From contig JASTWF010000336.1 of the NCBI GenBank assembly GCA_030390025.1, forward strand, positions 248,001 to 312,000: a stretch of 64,000 nt of DNA, read 5' to 3'. The translations under genes and the position numbers were made by a program. Below the pieces are notes generated by a model. The model made no database searches and had not been told where the DNA came from. It saw nothing but the letters and a program-made list of their open reading frames with translations. Below are positions 33,912 through 49,479 of this stretch, one piece after another (positions within the stretch are counted from its first letter, which is position 1; every line of letters starts with the position of its first letter). The stretch comes from Squalus acanthias (taxonomy: Eukaryota).

Positions 33912-34009
33912 AAGCTTGTGATTTCAAATAAAGCTGTTGGACTATAACCTGGTGTTGTGCGACTTCTCACTTTTGTCCACCCCAGTCCAACACCGGCATC
34001 TCCACATCA
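33912..34009 (+). mobile_element. 3' end of the host Penelope-like terminal repeat (pLTR)
   Basis: The 46-bp unit continues TGCGACTTCTCACTTTTGTCCACCCCAGTCCAACACCGGCATCTCCACATCA, matching the reverse complement of 55288-55385 at the Penelope terminus. Confidence 0.88.
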
Positions 34010-34654
34010 TGTAATAAAACACACAGAGAATGGGATGTCCGGGCCGGGCCTCACTCTAACCGGGGCCGGGGGGTGTTCGGCTCCAGTCTCAGTTCATGGT
34101 CATTTTCAGTTCACAGGTTCAGGATGAGAGTCTCTCTGAGACGGTGACACTGGCGGAGATACCACGCGTCACAACTCAAACCCCAACACATGAGATTCTG
34201 TAAATCACCTGGAATAAGGTGACTGTAAACTGCTGAACCCGTCTGTGAGGGCAGTGTGGGGAGATGGAATAAGGGCAGTGATTGATATGGAAGGAGACGG
34301 GTTGACTTGTGATAGAAGGGACAGTATATCGGCGGGAATATTACTGATTGTTAATTGTAACAGGACCTTACTTAAAAGATTCTGGTCTCAGGAAACGCTC
34401 GAATATGAAGTCCGAGTCTGTAAGGCTTTGTGCGGAGCGCTGGGTTTCGATTCTATTGTCGATAAACGGTTTGAAATTGGCGGTTGGAGAAAGCTGGAGG
34501 TGCAGCTGGAAGATCAGAGGCCGCTGTCTGCTCTGTCTGTCACTCTTGAAACTGTCTCCTCCCCTCCCGCTCTCTCTGTTTAATCTCTCACTCTGTCTCC
34601 TCCCCTCCCCGCCTCTCTCACTCTGCGCTTTCTCAGTCAGGTCGGAGTCGGCTG

Positions 34655-34661
34655 TATATAA
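34655..34661 (+). promoter_or_regulatory. H4 TATA box
   Basis: TATATAA about 60 bp upstream of the ATG. Confidence 0.7.
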
Positions 34662-34708
34662 CAGCAGCCAGAAGCAGTTCGTTTCACATTCAGCAGAAGT
34701 TTGAGTGA

Positions 34709-35029
<321 letters not shown>

Positions 35030-35060
35030 ACAACTCTCCTTCCACCAAACACAACACAAA

Positions 35061-35076
35061 GGCTCTTTTAAGAGCC
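35061..35076 (+). terminator. Histone 3' stem-loop
   Basis: GGCTCTTTTAAGAGCC followed by ACCCA and a purine-rich downstream element (AGAGAGAG). Confidence 0.93.
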
Positions 35077-35942
35077 ACCCACCGCCTCACAGAGAGAGCA
35101 GTGACCTGAGAACGGGAGCTGGGGTAGATTGTGCTCAAAAATAGATTGTGGTCAGAAATATTAGTAACGGATTTGCGCTGTGTTCTGAATTTTGGAATCT
35201 GAATTTCGCTTTCTGTTGCACCAGATTTATTGAGAGTTTTTCCCCAGACGGCAGATGCCCCCTCTCGGTGAAAAGCCACATCACATCACATTTGTTCATT
35301 GTGTTATTCTATAATAATTATCTGGCTGGTAGGGCAAGAGCCGTTGAATGGGTCACTGAAAAGAGTACAACTGGTGAATTATTTCCCGCCAGACGGTGAT
35401 ATTCGGCACTGATACTGACAGGGTTTGTGAAATTGAACAATTTCAGCTCAGTTATTCGGGGATCTGAAGTTACCGCAGTTTTTGAACCCGCTCTCACCCG
35501 AGTTTACTTCTGATTGGCGGTCCGCGTCACAATCCCATTTCTTAACCAATCGCAGAGCCGCAGATTAGAAATTAAGCACATCATTGGTTGAAATTGTCGA
35601 CCTCGCAAAATGTTTGAATTTTTTTGTATTTGAAAAAGCCCGCCAATTCCAGTGCCGGAAAGAAGCGAATTAATCGAAAGTCCAATTTCCAGGGAAGGAT
35701 TTTAAAATCTCGGGCCTTTCGTTCTGTTATTCTCGGTTCACCGTCACACATTCCTGGCGCTGTTCCACGAACAGGTTTAATTTGTCAGCCTCTTATCTGT
35801 ACACAGGCTGCAATAAGTCTCCACTCAGCAATCTAAAATGTGCCGAGTGTCAGATTGCTCACTGCAGTTACCGAATGACAGATTATTGGCCAAGCCCTTC
35901 TCACAGGCTCCACGGGGACAGAGAGAAGCGACTGATTTCTGA

Positions 35943-36251
<309 letters not shown>

Positions 36252-36998
36252 ACCAAATCAGCACAGGAAAGAGCTGCGATCGGCGCAAGGCAAACTGATT
36301 TGTACACACCGTCCCAGTCTTGTTACTTCAACTGAGCATTTAACGTGGGAGGCAGTAATTTCTTACGGTGCGGGTTTGATCTCGGTTTAAATGTGAGTGA
36401 TCTACCTAGTGGACTGACTGCACTTGAATAATGTGGGTGGGAAACTATAAGTGGGAGCTCTGGTAGCTAATTGCTCCCACTCCACATACCGTGACAGAGA
36501 ATGAGGTGGCCGAGGTCTGAATCTCGTTGCGGGGACAGGTGGGAACTTCAGTTAATATTTGGAATATTTTAAATTAACCAGAGCTGTAATTCTGGTTCCA
36601 TTCTGTCTACAAATTAAAAGACATGATTATATGGATCAATGATTTCAGGATGTATATGCTCTCCCCTGTGGAATTATTGCCCCAATAACAAACGGTGAGC
36701 CATCAACAACTCCTTCCCTTTGTACTCGGTTCTGATCAGTTCATATTCGGCTCCCCAACAACGTGTTGAATGACGGCCGCTTTCACGTTAAGACTCCGTT
36801 TGTTTTGTTTTTCTCTGAATGCGGTAACGCTCTGTATTAAATCACTGATCTGAATATCCGTTAACAGCAAACCTGCTGTAATGTTTGTGTGATCAGGAAA
36901 CTCCCATCTTAATCGCAGATTTAACATTAAATTAGATCAGGGATAACTATGATCCATAGAACAGAACAGTAACCAGCCCTTTCACAGATAAAGTGGAT

Positions 36999-37014
36999 GG
37001 CTCTGAAAAGAGCC
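36999..37014 (-). terminator. Histone stem-loop of the H2A pseudogene
   Basis: GGCTCTTTTCAGAGCC on the minus strand. Confidence 0.88.
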
Positions 37015-37044
37015 TTTGGATTATTAGATTGAATCTTGTCCGCT

Positions 37045-37434
37045 TTACTTGCTCTTGGAGCTGGCAGTGCTGCTTTTCTTGGGCAGTAACACGGCCTGGA
37101 TATTAGGCAGCACCCCGCCCTGAGCGATGGTCACCTTTCCCAGCAGCTTGTTGAGCTCCTCGTCGTTGCGGATGGCCAGCTGCAGGTGTCTGGGGATGAT
37201 GCGGGTCTTCTTGTTGTCGCGGGCCGCGTTGCCGGCCAGCTCCAGGATTTCAGCGGTCAGATACTCGAGCACAGCAGCCATGTAGACCGGGGCTCCGGCA
37301 CCCACACGCTCAGCATAGCTGCCCTTTCGCAGGAGCCTGTGAACACGGCCCACAGGGAACGGTAGCCCGGCCCGGGATGAGCGGGACTTGGCCTTAGCAC
37401 GAGATTTACCACCGGTTTTTCCTCTCCCAGATAT
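37045..37434 (-). pseudogene. H2A: Histone H2A with lost start codon (ATG to ATA)
   Basis: GAA-ATA-TCT-GGG versus GAA-ATG-TCT-GGA in the paralog. Also LQF to LPF and GNY to GSY; the TATA box is degraded. Confidence 0.88.
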
Positions 37435-37779
37435 TTCCGCAACCAACCAAGTTATAGAATGAAAATCATCTGCCCTTCTCATACCTTCTGGAGGAATGCC
37501 GATAGCGAACTTGTGATTGGTCGCTCTCTGGTGCATTTCATTGGTGTTTTCCGTTGACCAATCACAGCCTGCTTTTCCAGCCAATGGAAAAGAGGGCGGA
37601 AATAACTGTCCTCAACAGTCAGAACGCCAACGATTTTTGAATTTCTAAAAGCCCGCCAATATTTTCCTAAACGAGCGAATGAATTCGGAACATTTTTTAA
37701 TCCTTTTGTATTACTCCAGCGCTCCCTTGCAAATTCCAGGCTGTAACAATCAGGATTAATTTCGGGTTCAATTTCAAAC

Positions 37780-40438
37780 AGTCATCCTCCGGGCTGCAGA
37801 AGAATTTGGAGTGGGAGGGGGGAGGATCCAGTTGTCGTAGTCCGCGTAGGTACCAACGACATAGGTAGGACAAAGAAAGGTTCTGCAGAGAGAGTTTGAG
37901 CAGCTAGGGACTAAATTAAAAAGCAGAACCACAAAGGTCATAATCTGTGGATTATTACCGGAGCCACGAGCAAATTGGCATAGGGTCAATAGGATCAGGG
38001 AGATGAATGCGTGGCTCAAAGATTGGTGTTGGAGAATTGAGTTTCGATTCGTGGGGCACTGGCACCAGTACTGGGGAAAGAGACAGCTGTTCCGTTGGGA
38101 TGCATGACACCTCAACCATGCTGGGACCTGAGTTCTAGCGAATCGAATAACTAGGGAGGTAGACAGAGCTTTAAACTAAATAAGGGGGTGGGGGGTCCCG
38201 GTGGAGAGAAATCTCGAATGCTAAAGTGAAAAGACAAGGATGCAGTGCAGGAAAGTGATGGGGTAAGGCTAACCAAATTGTGTCAGGAAGGGACAGAGCG
38301 TACTAACAAAGGAGTGCACTAACAAATAGGGTCCGGGTAAGAGAAAATGGTCATAAGACAAATAGGGCCATAGTGCAAAAAAATGTTAAGATATCTAAAA
38401 ATGTTAAAAAGGCAAATCTAAAGGCAGTGTATCTGAATGCACGAAGCATTTGTAATAAGGTAGATGAATTAACAGCACAAATAGATGTAAATGGATACGC
38501 TATAATTGCAATTACGGAGACATGGCTGCAGGGTGACCAAGGCTGGGAGCTGAATATCCAAGGATATTCGATATTTAGGAAGGACAGGCGAAAAGGAAAA
38601 GGAGGTGGAGTGGCCTTGTGAGTAAAGGATGAAATCAGAGCAATAGTGAGAAAGGATATTGGATCAGAAAATCAAGATGTAGAATCAGTCTAGGTGGGGC
38701 TAAGAAGCACCAAGGGGCAGAAAACATTGGTGGGAGTTGGCTATAGGTCTCCAAACAGTAGTGGTAATGTAGATGATGGCATCAAACAGGAAATTAGAGA
38801 CGCATGTAACAAGGGTACTACAGTAATCATGGGTGACTTTAATCTGCATATAGACTGGCCAAACCAAATTAGCAATAATACTGTGGAGGATGAATTCCTG
38901 GAGTGTGTACGAGATGTTTTCTTAGACCAGTATGTTGAGGAGCCAACTAAGGAACAGGTTATCCTAGATTGGGTATTGTGCAATGAGAAGGTGTTAATTA
39001 ATAATCTTGTTCTGTGGGATCCTTCAGGGAAGAGTGACCATAACATGATAGAATTCTTCATTAAAATGGAAATTGAAGAAGTCTAATCCGAAACTAGGGT
39101 CCTAAATCTAAACAAAGGAAACTACGATGGTATGAGGAGTGAGTTGGCTATGATAGATTGGGGAGCTTCATTAAAAGTGAAATCGTGTTTGACAAACCTA
39201 CTGGAGTTTTTTGAGGATGCAACTGGTAGAATAGATAAGGGAGAACCAGTGGATGCTGTGTATTTGGATTTTCAGAAGGTCTTTGAAAAAGTTCCACATA
39301 AGAGGTTAGTGTGCAAAATTTAAGCATTTGGAATTGGGGGTAATATACTGGCATGAATGGAAAATTGGTTAACAGACATAAACAGAGAGTAGGAATAAAT
39401 GGGTATTTTTTGGGTTGTCAGGCGGTGACTAGTGAGGTACCGCAGGGATCAGTGCTTGGGTCCCAGCTATTCATCATATATATCAATGATTTGGATGAGG
39501 GAACCAAATGTAATATTTCCAAGTTTGCCAATGACACGCAACTAGGTGGGATTGTGAGTTGTGAGGAGGATGCAAAGAGGCTTCAAGGCGATTTTGACAA
39601 GTTGAGTGAGTGGGCATATACATGGCAGATGCAGTATAACGTGGATAAATGTGAAGTTATCCACTTTGGTTGGAAAAACAGAAAGGTAGAGTATTACTTA
39701 AATGGTGATAGATTGGGAAATGCTGATGTACAGAGGGATCTGGGTGTCCTGTACACCAGTCACTGAAAGCAAACATGCAGGTGCAGCAAGCAGTTAGGAA
39801 GGCAAATGGTATGTTGGCCTTCATTGTAAGAGGATTTGAGTACAGGAGCAAGGATGTCTTACTACAGTTGGTGAGACCACACCTGGAGTATGTGTGCAGT
39901 TTTGGTCTCCTTACCTAAGAAAGGATATACTTGCCAAAGAGGGAGTGCAGCGAAGGTTCACCAGACTCATTCCTGGGATGGCAGGACTGTCATATGAGGA
40001 GAGATTGGGTCGACTAGGCCTGTATTCACTCGAGTTTAGAAGAATGAGAGGAGATCTCATTGAAACGTATAAAATTCAGACAGGGCTAGACAGACTGGAT
40101 GCAGGGAGGATGTTTCCCCTGGCTGGGGGGTCCAGAACAAGGGGTCACAGTCTCAGGATATGGGGTAGGACATTTAGGACAGATGAGGAGAGATTTCTTC
40201 ACTCAGAGGGTGGTGAACCTGTGGAATTCTCTACCACAGAAGGCTGTGGAGGCCAAGTCACTGAATATATTTAAGAAGGAGATAGATAGATTTCTAGACA
40301 CAAAAGGCATCAAGGGGTATGGGGAGAGAGTGGGAATATGGTATTGAGATAGAGGATCAGCCATGATCATATTGAATGGCGGAGTAGGCTCGAAGGGCAG
40401 AATGGCCTACTCCTGCTCCTATTTTTCTATGTTTCTAT
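37780..40438 (+). mobile_element. CR1 LINE, degraded, with an internal deletion
   Basis: Esterase-like VGTNDIG (about 37845), EN motifs YLNARSI, TETWL, MGDFN and SDHN, a jump to RT KSCLTNL near 39180, and a TTTCTATG tail. It interrupts sequence that is contiguous at 47050-47075. Confidence 0.9.
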
Positions 40439-40994
40439 GTAACAGGCGGTAATCGATCCCCATTGATTCTGTAACGGGACACATTCCAGCTCAATATTTG
40501 TAAAAGTGAGGTTTCACAGATTATCGATCGATCCTTTGCACAGGCGCTGCTGCGGGAGTGTAGTCAGAACTGGGAGTCCTTCTGAGAAAAGAGAAGAGGG
40601 ACAGAGTGTTCAAACTGCCCCGGTTCTGGTCTCTGTAAGAAGTCCCATTCTGGGTAGTTACAATGCAGGAGAACGACCAATAACAAAAGAGACCCTCACC
40701 TGTCCTTCTGCCCTGATGCTGCCTTTATCAGACCGTTTGATTTAACACGTTTCTTATTTTTAACTGCTGCTTTAAATACAGTAATTATTTTAGTATTACA
40801 TTCCTCTGGAGTATCCACAGCACTGTTTGTGACCTGAACTCTGCTCTTCTCCCTTTTTTGTGTATCTAACTACCATTTTTACTACTGTTTCTGACTGAGA
40901 TTTATTAGGTTAAAGTCCTTTTTCATTCTATGGGAGATGATGAACGTTTTTTGTCAATTGTAATTTAGAAATGGCAGAGGCAATTATTTTGTTA

Positions 40995-41422
40995 TACAAT
41001 CCTGCTGCCGGACATCTCAAAGCGCTTTACAGCCAATTAAGTATTATTTTTTTGAGTGGAGTTACTGTTGTAATGTGGGAGATGCGGCAGCCAATTTGCG
41101 CACAGCAAGCTCCCACAAACAGCAATGTGATAATGACCAGATCATCTGTTTTTGTTATATTGGTTGATGGATAAATATTGGCCAGGACACCGGGGATAAC
41201 TCCCCTGCTCTTCTTCGGAATAGTGCCATGGGATCTTTTACGTCCACCTGAGAGAGCAGATGGGGTCTCGGTCTGAAAGACAGCACCTCCGACAGTGCAG
41301 CACTCCCTCAGCACAGCTCTGGAGTGTCAGCCTCGCTTTATGTATTACGGTCCCTGGAGTGGGACTTGAACCCACAACCTTCTGACTCAGAGGCGAGTGA
41401 GCCACAGCCGACACAGGCACCA
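40995..41422 (-). mobile_element. tRNA-headed DeuSINE (SacSINE1-like)
   Basis: B-box-like GGTTCAAGTCC in the head and a Deu-type core (GAGGGAGTGCTGCACTGTCGGAGG...AAAAGATCCCATGGCACTATT). Recognised from memory, not by alignment. Confidence 0.72.
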
Positions 41423-41466
41423 TAAATCAGTTCTGACCAGTGAGGGGTATATAAAAGTACCTCGGT

Positions 41467-41538
41467 TGCGATGGCCGGGAATCGAACCCGGGTCAACTGC
41501 TTGGAAGGCAGCTATGCTCACCACTATACCACCATTGC
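41467..41538 (-). tRNA. tRNA-Gly(TCC)
   Basis: GCAATGGTGGTATAGTGGTGAGCATAGCTGCCTTCCAAGCAGTTGACCCGGGTTCGATTCCCGGCCATCGCA, 72 nt, with one A:C acceptor-stem mismatch and a TTTT run just downstream. Confidence 0.9.
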
Positions 41539-41841
41539 TCAGATGTTAATGTTTTTATATTTACAGACTAACTACTTGTTTCGGATCCTAAGCAGGACAA
41601 ATAAGATACTCAGCAATCATTTTAATCAGTACGTAAGCACTATACGGAGGCACCTTACCTCCAATTAAAAATGGCCACTGTGAATAGTTAACTTGCTTCG
41701 ACTGAACCTTCACCCCATTTAATATTTTAAAGCTGTTTATAGTTTAAAAACAGTTATACACAAAAAATAGTTGAAAATCAGGTTCATGGGAGGAGCAAAT
41801 GGATGATGATTGTGTTTTGTAAATTTTGGAGAAATGGCATT

Positions 41842-43253
41842 TAGAACATAAGAATATAAGAAATAGGAGCAGGAGTGGATCATTTGGCCCTTCGAGCCTG
41901 CTCTGTCATTCAATAAGATCAAGGCTGATTTTCTACCTCATCTCCACTTTCCTGAACTATCCCCATATCCCTTGATTCCCTTAATATTCAAACATCTATC
42001 AATCTTTGTCTTCAAGATACTCATGACAGAGCCTCCACAGCCCTCTTGGGTAGAGAATTCCAAAGATTCACCACCCTCTGAGTGAAGAAATTTCTTCTCA
42101 TCTCAATCCTAAATGGCCGACCCCTTATTCTGAGACTGTGACCCCTGGTTCTGGACTGCACAGCCAGGGGAAGTATCCTCCCTGCATCTACCCTGTCAAG
42201 CCCTGTAAGAATGTTATACATTTCAATGAGATCAGCCCTCATTCTTCTAAACTATAGAGAATATAGGCCTAGTCTACTAAATGTTTCTCCCAATCCCAGG
42301 AATCAGTCTGGTGAACCTTCGTTGCACTCCATCTATGGCAAGTATATCCTTCCTTAGGTAAGGAGACCAAAACTGTAAACAATACTCCAGTTTCTGTCTC
42401 ACCAGGGCCCTATATAATTGCAGTAAGACATCTTTACTCTTATACTAATAAAGGCCAACATCCCATTTGCTTTGCTAATTGCTTGATGTACCTGCATGTT
42501 AACTTTCAGTGATTCGTGTACAAGAACACCCAGGTCCCTCTGAGCACCAACATTTCCCAATCTCTCACCATTTAAAAAATACTCTGATTTTCTATTTTTC
42601 GTACCAAAGTGGATAACTTCACATTTCTCCACGCTATATTCCATTTGCCACGTTCTTGCCCGTTCACTTAACCTGTCTATATCCCCTTGAAGCCTCCTTG
42701 CATCCTCCTCACAACTTACATTCCCACCCAGATTTGTATCATCAGCAAACTTGGATATATTACGTTTGGTCCCCTCATCCAAATCATTGATGTAGATTGT
42801 GAATAGCTGAGGCCCAAGCACTGATCCTTGCAGTACCCCACTAGTTACAGCCTGCCAACCCGAAAATGACCAGTTTATTCCTACTCTGTTTTTTGTCTGT
42901 TAACCAATCCTCAATCCATGCTAATATGTTACCTCCAATTCCATGAGCCCTAACTTTGTTTAATAACCTCTTGTGTCACACCTTATCGAATGGCTTCAGA
43001 AACTCCAAATACACCACATCCACTGGTTCCCCCTTATCTATTCTGCTGTTACAAACTCAAAATCTCTAACAGATTTGTCAAACACGATTTCCCTTTCATA
43101 AATCCGTGTTGACTCTGACCAATGCTATTATTATTTTCTAAGTGCCCTGTTACCACGTCCTTAATTATAGATTCTAAAATGTTCCATACCACTGATGTCA
43201 AGCTAACTGGTCTGTAGTTCACCGTCTTCTCTCTCCCTCCTTTCTTAAACAAT
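41842..43253 (-). mobile_element. CR1 LINE, 5'-truncated and degraded
   Basis: NYRPVSLTS, QHGF, FADDT and a (TTCTTATG)-type tail. Confidence 0.9.
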
Positions 43254-43322
43254 ACTGGAAAATTTACTGGAAGGCACTAAACTCCGATAGTGTGACCTAA
43301 ACTGTATTAACATGAGCTTGGT

Positions 43323-43395
43323 TGCGAAGCCACGAATCGAACCCGAATCAAGTCGCTCCGAAGGGCAGCTGTGTTCTCCACTGTACCACCATCGC
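43323..43395 (-). pseudogene. Degenerate tRNA-Gly copy
   Basis: Aligns end to end with 41467-41538 with many substitutions. Confidence 0.72.
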
Positions 43396-43628
43396 TCTAA
43401 TTTTAAAATGAAAGCCTCTGTATTTACAGATCACACGCCATGGGTCTTTGGAGCGTCAGTCAGGCCGAGTAAAACACTTTGCAATTTGAACGTAAACAAG
43501 GTGTTCAGGTTATTTCTCTCCAATTTAAAATAGTTGCTGATGAATGGTTATCTTGTTGCACTACTGGCTGGCGGCCAGGAGATGGCACCAAAGTCCAATA
43601 GTTTGGAGTGCGCGGATTGTGTCCACAC

Positions 43629-43770
43629 ATTCAGACCGCAGTGAGTCTGGAGCTGCCCGGGGAGCTGGCCAAGCACGCCGTGTCGGAAGGGACAATGCCG
43701 GTGGCCATTGCAAATAAATTTCACAACGCACTGAAAAAGCATAAAACAAAGCAACGGCTCTTTTGAGAGG
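43629..43770 (+). pseudogene. H2B: Histone H2B 3' fragment
   Basis: Encodes [18 protein letters not shown], followed by a degenerate stem-loop GGCTCTTTTGAGAGG. Confidence 0.75.
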
Positions 43771-43849
43771 AAAGCACAGCATTAATTTAATCGAATTATT
43801 CATTCCGACCATCGTCCTTTTAATAGAATCACAAAACGATTCAGTATTT

Positions 43850-44237
43850 CAGGGGTCCGAGGGGAGACTTGATTGAGGTGTATATGATGGGCCTAGATAG
43901 AGTGGATAGGAAGGACCCATTTCCCTTAGCAGAGAGGTCAATAACCAGGGGGCGGAGATTTAAAGTAATTGCCGGAAGGATGAGAAGAGAGTTGAGAAGA
44001 AATTTTTAAACCCAATGGGTGGTTGGGGGTCTGGAACTCACTGCCTGAAAGGCTGGTAGAGGCAGAAACCCTCATCGCATTCAAAAAAGTACTTGGATAT
44101 GCGGTTGAAGTGCCATAAACTGCAAGGCTACGGAAAAAGTGTTTGAAACTGTGATGAGGCTGGATAGATATTTTTTGGCTGACAGACACGATGGGCCGAA
44201 TGACCTCCTTCTGTGCCGTAAATTTCTACGAGTCTAT
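43850..44237 (+). mobile_element. CR1 3' fragment
   Basis: RGDLIE-type C-terminus and CR1-like 3' UTR. Confidence 0.75.
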
Positions 44238-44397
44238 GAATAAAGGCCATTCAGCCCATCGTACCTATGGTGATTTAAAACACCTCCACACTAAGATATA
44301 AATCTTGGGAGTAAAATTTAGATTTACATCGAATACAATGTAAATCAACTGTCTGTCCTCGTTCCCAGGTCACTGCTCTCTCTGTGAGGCGGTGGGT

Positions 44398-44413
44398 GGC
44401 ACTTAAAAGAGCC
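44398..44413 (-). terminator. Histone stem-loop with a stem mismatch
   Basis: GGCTCTTTTAAGTGCC gives a U:U pair in the stem. Confidence 0.85.
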
Positions 44414-44447
44414 TTTGTGTTGTGTTTGGTAGGAAGAGTCGAGTTGT

Positions 44448-44768
<321 letters not shown>

Positions 44769-45132
44769 TCACTCAAATCGTCGCTAAATGAGAATCTCTC
44801 GCCTTGCAGCTTTATTTATACAGCCTGAGCGGACCTGGCTGAGAAAGGCAGACTGTGCGTGAGGCGGACGGGAGGGAATTTGAATGAGAGACAGAGCAGA
44901 GAGCGGGAAGGGAGGAGACAGATCCAGAGTGAAAGAGAGAAAGGGCTCTGAGCTTCCAGCAACCTCTCCAAGTTGAAGTTACAATCCTCTTTAAAATTTT
45001 CACCAAACTTCACACCAATTCAGATAAATCCTGATAATCAAGGATTGATATGCAGGGATTTCTAGAAAAGCAATAGCCGGACAATATAATTAACATTCAT
45101 TAAATGTGTCCCGCTGCACTTCAAATCTATTA

Positions 45133-45490
45133 TGGAATCATAGACTGGTGACAGCGCAGTAGGAGGCCATTCGGCCCGTCGAGCCCATGCCGGCTCTCTG
45201 CGAGATCACTTAAGCTAGTCCCACTCCCCCGCCCTTTCTCCGCAGCCCTGCAATTATTTTCCTTCAGGTTCTTATCCAATCCCGCTTTGAAAGTTACGAT
45301 TGAGTCTGCCTCCACCTCGCTGGCAGGCAGTACATTCCAGATCCTAACCACTCGCTGTGTAAAACAGTTTTTCCTCATGTCGCCTTTGGATCTTCTGCCA
45401 ATCGCCTTAAATCTGTGTCCTCTGGTTCTCGACCCTTCCGCCAATGGGAACAGTTTCTCTCTATTACACTCTGTCTGGACCCCTCATGAT
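45133..45490 (-). mobile_element. CR1 3' fragment
   Basis: SRTRGH..FTQRVV..WN motif. Confidence 0.78.
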
Positions 45491-46244
45491 GTTAAACATT
45501 AAACACAATAATTACCATAGCATAATCAACCGCAACCCCTACAGAACCATTCAAGGACACTTTTCGTTCCCTGAATCCAGCTGACAAGAGGCGCCCAATA
45601 GTTCAATGAACTTACACCGGCGTTGAAGGCATCAGATGCCTTTCCCGGGTCTCAAATCTCCCCCAGTCTAACCCGGAGTGCGGCGTGGCGGCAGAGCCTG
45701 TGGAAATCGGACAATAAACAGACAACTTTTGGTCCGGGAAAATGCGCCAAATGCCGATCTGAGCAGCACTCGACCGGGGACTAGTCCTACAATGGATGTA
45801 ACTGGAACTGGGGTCCAATGTGGGACTGGATCGATTCAGGGACCGGATGGCCGGTGACAGTTCCAGTGTGGGTTCAATGAATTTAACTGGGATCAGTGTG
45901 GGACTGAATAGATTCGGGGATGGGATTGTGTTTGCAACAGTTACACAGAATATTGTGGTTATTTAATTATTTTCCGCCATCCTGTAGTTCACTTAGTTTG
46001 ATCAGTAATGTGGTCGGACCAATTGGTGCTGGGATTCTGCCAATGCTGAATAGATTGGTGTCGCTTTACCTGCTCTTCCTGTACAGACTGGAACTTGTTT
46101 ATAACCGGCACACTGAGGGCCATTTCAGATCAGGAAACTCACCTTTATCAGCAGGGATCTAATATATTTAATCAGATGAGATAATTGTGATCAATGGATC
46201 ATTTTCTTATGACAGTGAACAGCCCTTTCTCAGATAAAGTGGGT

Positions 46245-46260
46245 GGCTCTGAAAAGAGCC
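46245..46260 (-). terminator. Histone stem-loop of H2A
   Basis: GGCTCTTTTCAGAGCC followed by ACCCA. Confidence 0.92.
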
Positions 46261-46290
46261 TTTGGGTTATTAGATTGAATCTTGTCCGCT

Positions 46291-46869
<579 letters not shown>

Positions 46870-47463
46870 TCAGTCAGACCGCCAACGAATTTTTAATTTC
46901 AGAAAGCCCGCCAATATTTTCCTAAACGAGCGAATTAAGCTAATAAATTCACCATTAGCCAAAGAATTCCGAACATTTTTTTAATTCCTTTGTCTTATTC
47001 CATCTCTCCCTTGCTAATTCAAGGCTGTTACAATCAGGATTAATTTCGGGTTCAATTTCAAACTGTAACAGGCGGGAATCGATCCCCATTGATTCTGTAA
47101 CAGGACACATTCCAGCTCAATCTCTGTAAAAGTGAGGTTTCACAAATTATCGATCGATCCTTTGCACAGGCGCTGCTGCGGGAGTGAAACCAGAACTGGG
47201 AGTCCTTCTGAGAAGAAAGAGGGACAGAGTGTTCAAACTGTCCCCGTTCTTGTCTCTGTAAGAAGTCCCATTCTGGGTTGTTACACCGCAGGTGGTCTCG
47301 GGTTAATAAACGGATTGACTCTCAACAGGCATTAAAAAAAATTGATAAGGTCTTGAACTACTGGAGCTTCAAACCTTCTCAAACACACTTGTCAAAAAAA
47401 CTGACAGTACATCGATTCCAAACGGAGATGCATTTGTGTCGCACTCTCAAAGAGGTTGTGGGT

Positions 47464-47479
47464 GGCTCTTAAAAGAGCC
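47464..47479 (-). terminator. Histone stem-loop of H2B
   Basis: GGCTCTTTTAAGAGCC. Confidence 0.92.
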
Positions 47480-47519
47480 GTTGTGTTTTGGGTATGTTGG
47501 TTGAGGACAGCGTAGAGTT

Positions 47520-49395
<1,876 letters not shown>

Positions 49396-49471
49396 TCTCA
49401 AGCTCGATTTGAGACACAAAATGACGCGAACCCGTCCGTTCTCGGCTTAAATCGGCTGCCCCCACAGCCCT

Positions 49472-49479
49472 ATGCTAAT
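49472..49479 (-). promoter_or_regulatory. H2B octamer-like element (ATTAGCAT) with upstream CCAAT boxes
   Basis: One mismatch to ATTTGCAT, at the position expected for a vertebrate H2B promoter. Confidence 0.6.

Noticed and set aside
11787..33957. Thrice-repeated 46-mer as a CRISPR-like repeat or LTR
   Set aside because: The spacing is whole retrotransposons, and the sequence matches the Penelope terminus.
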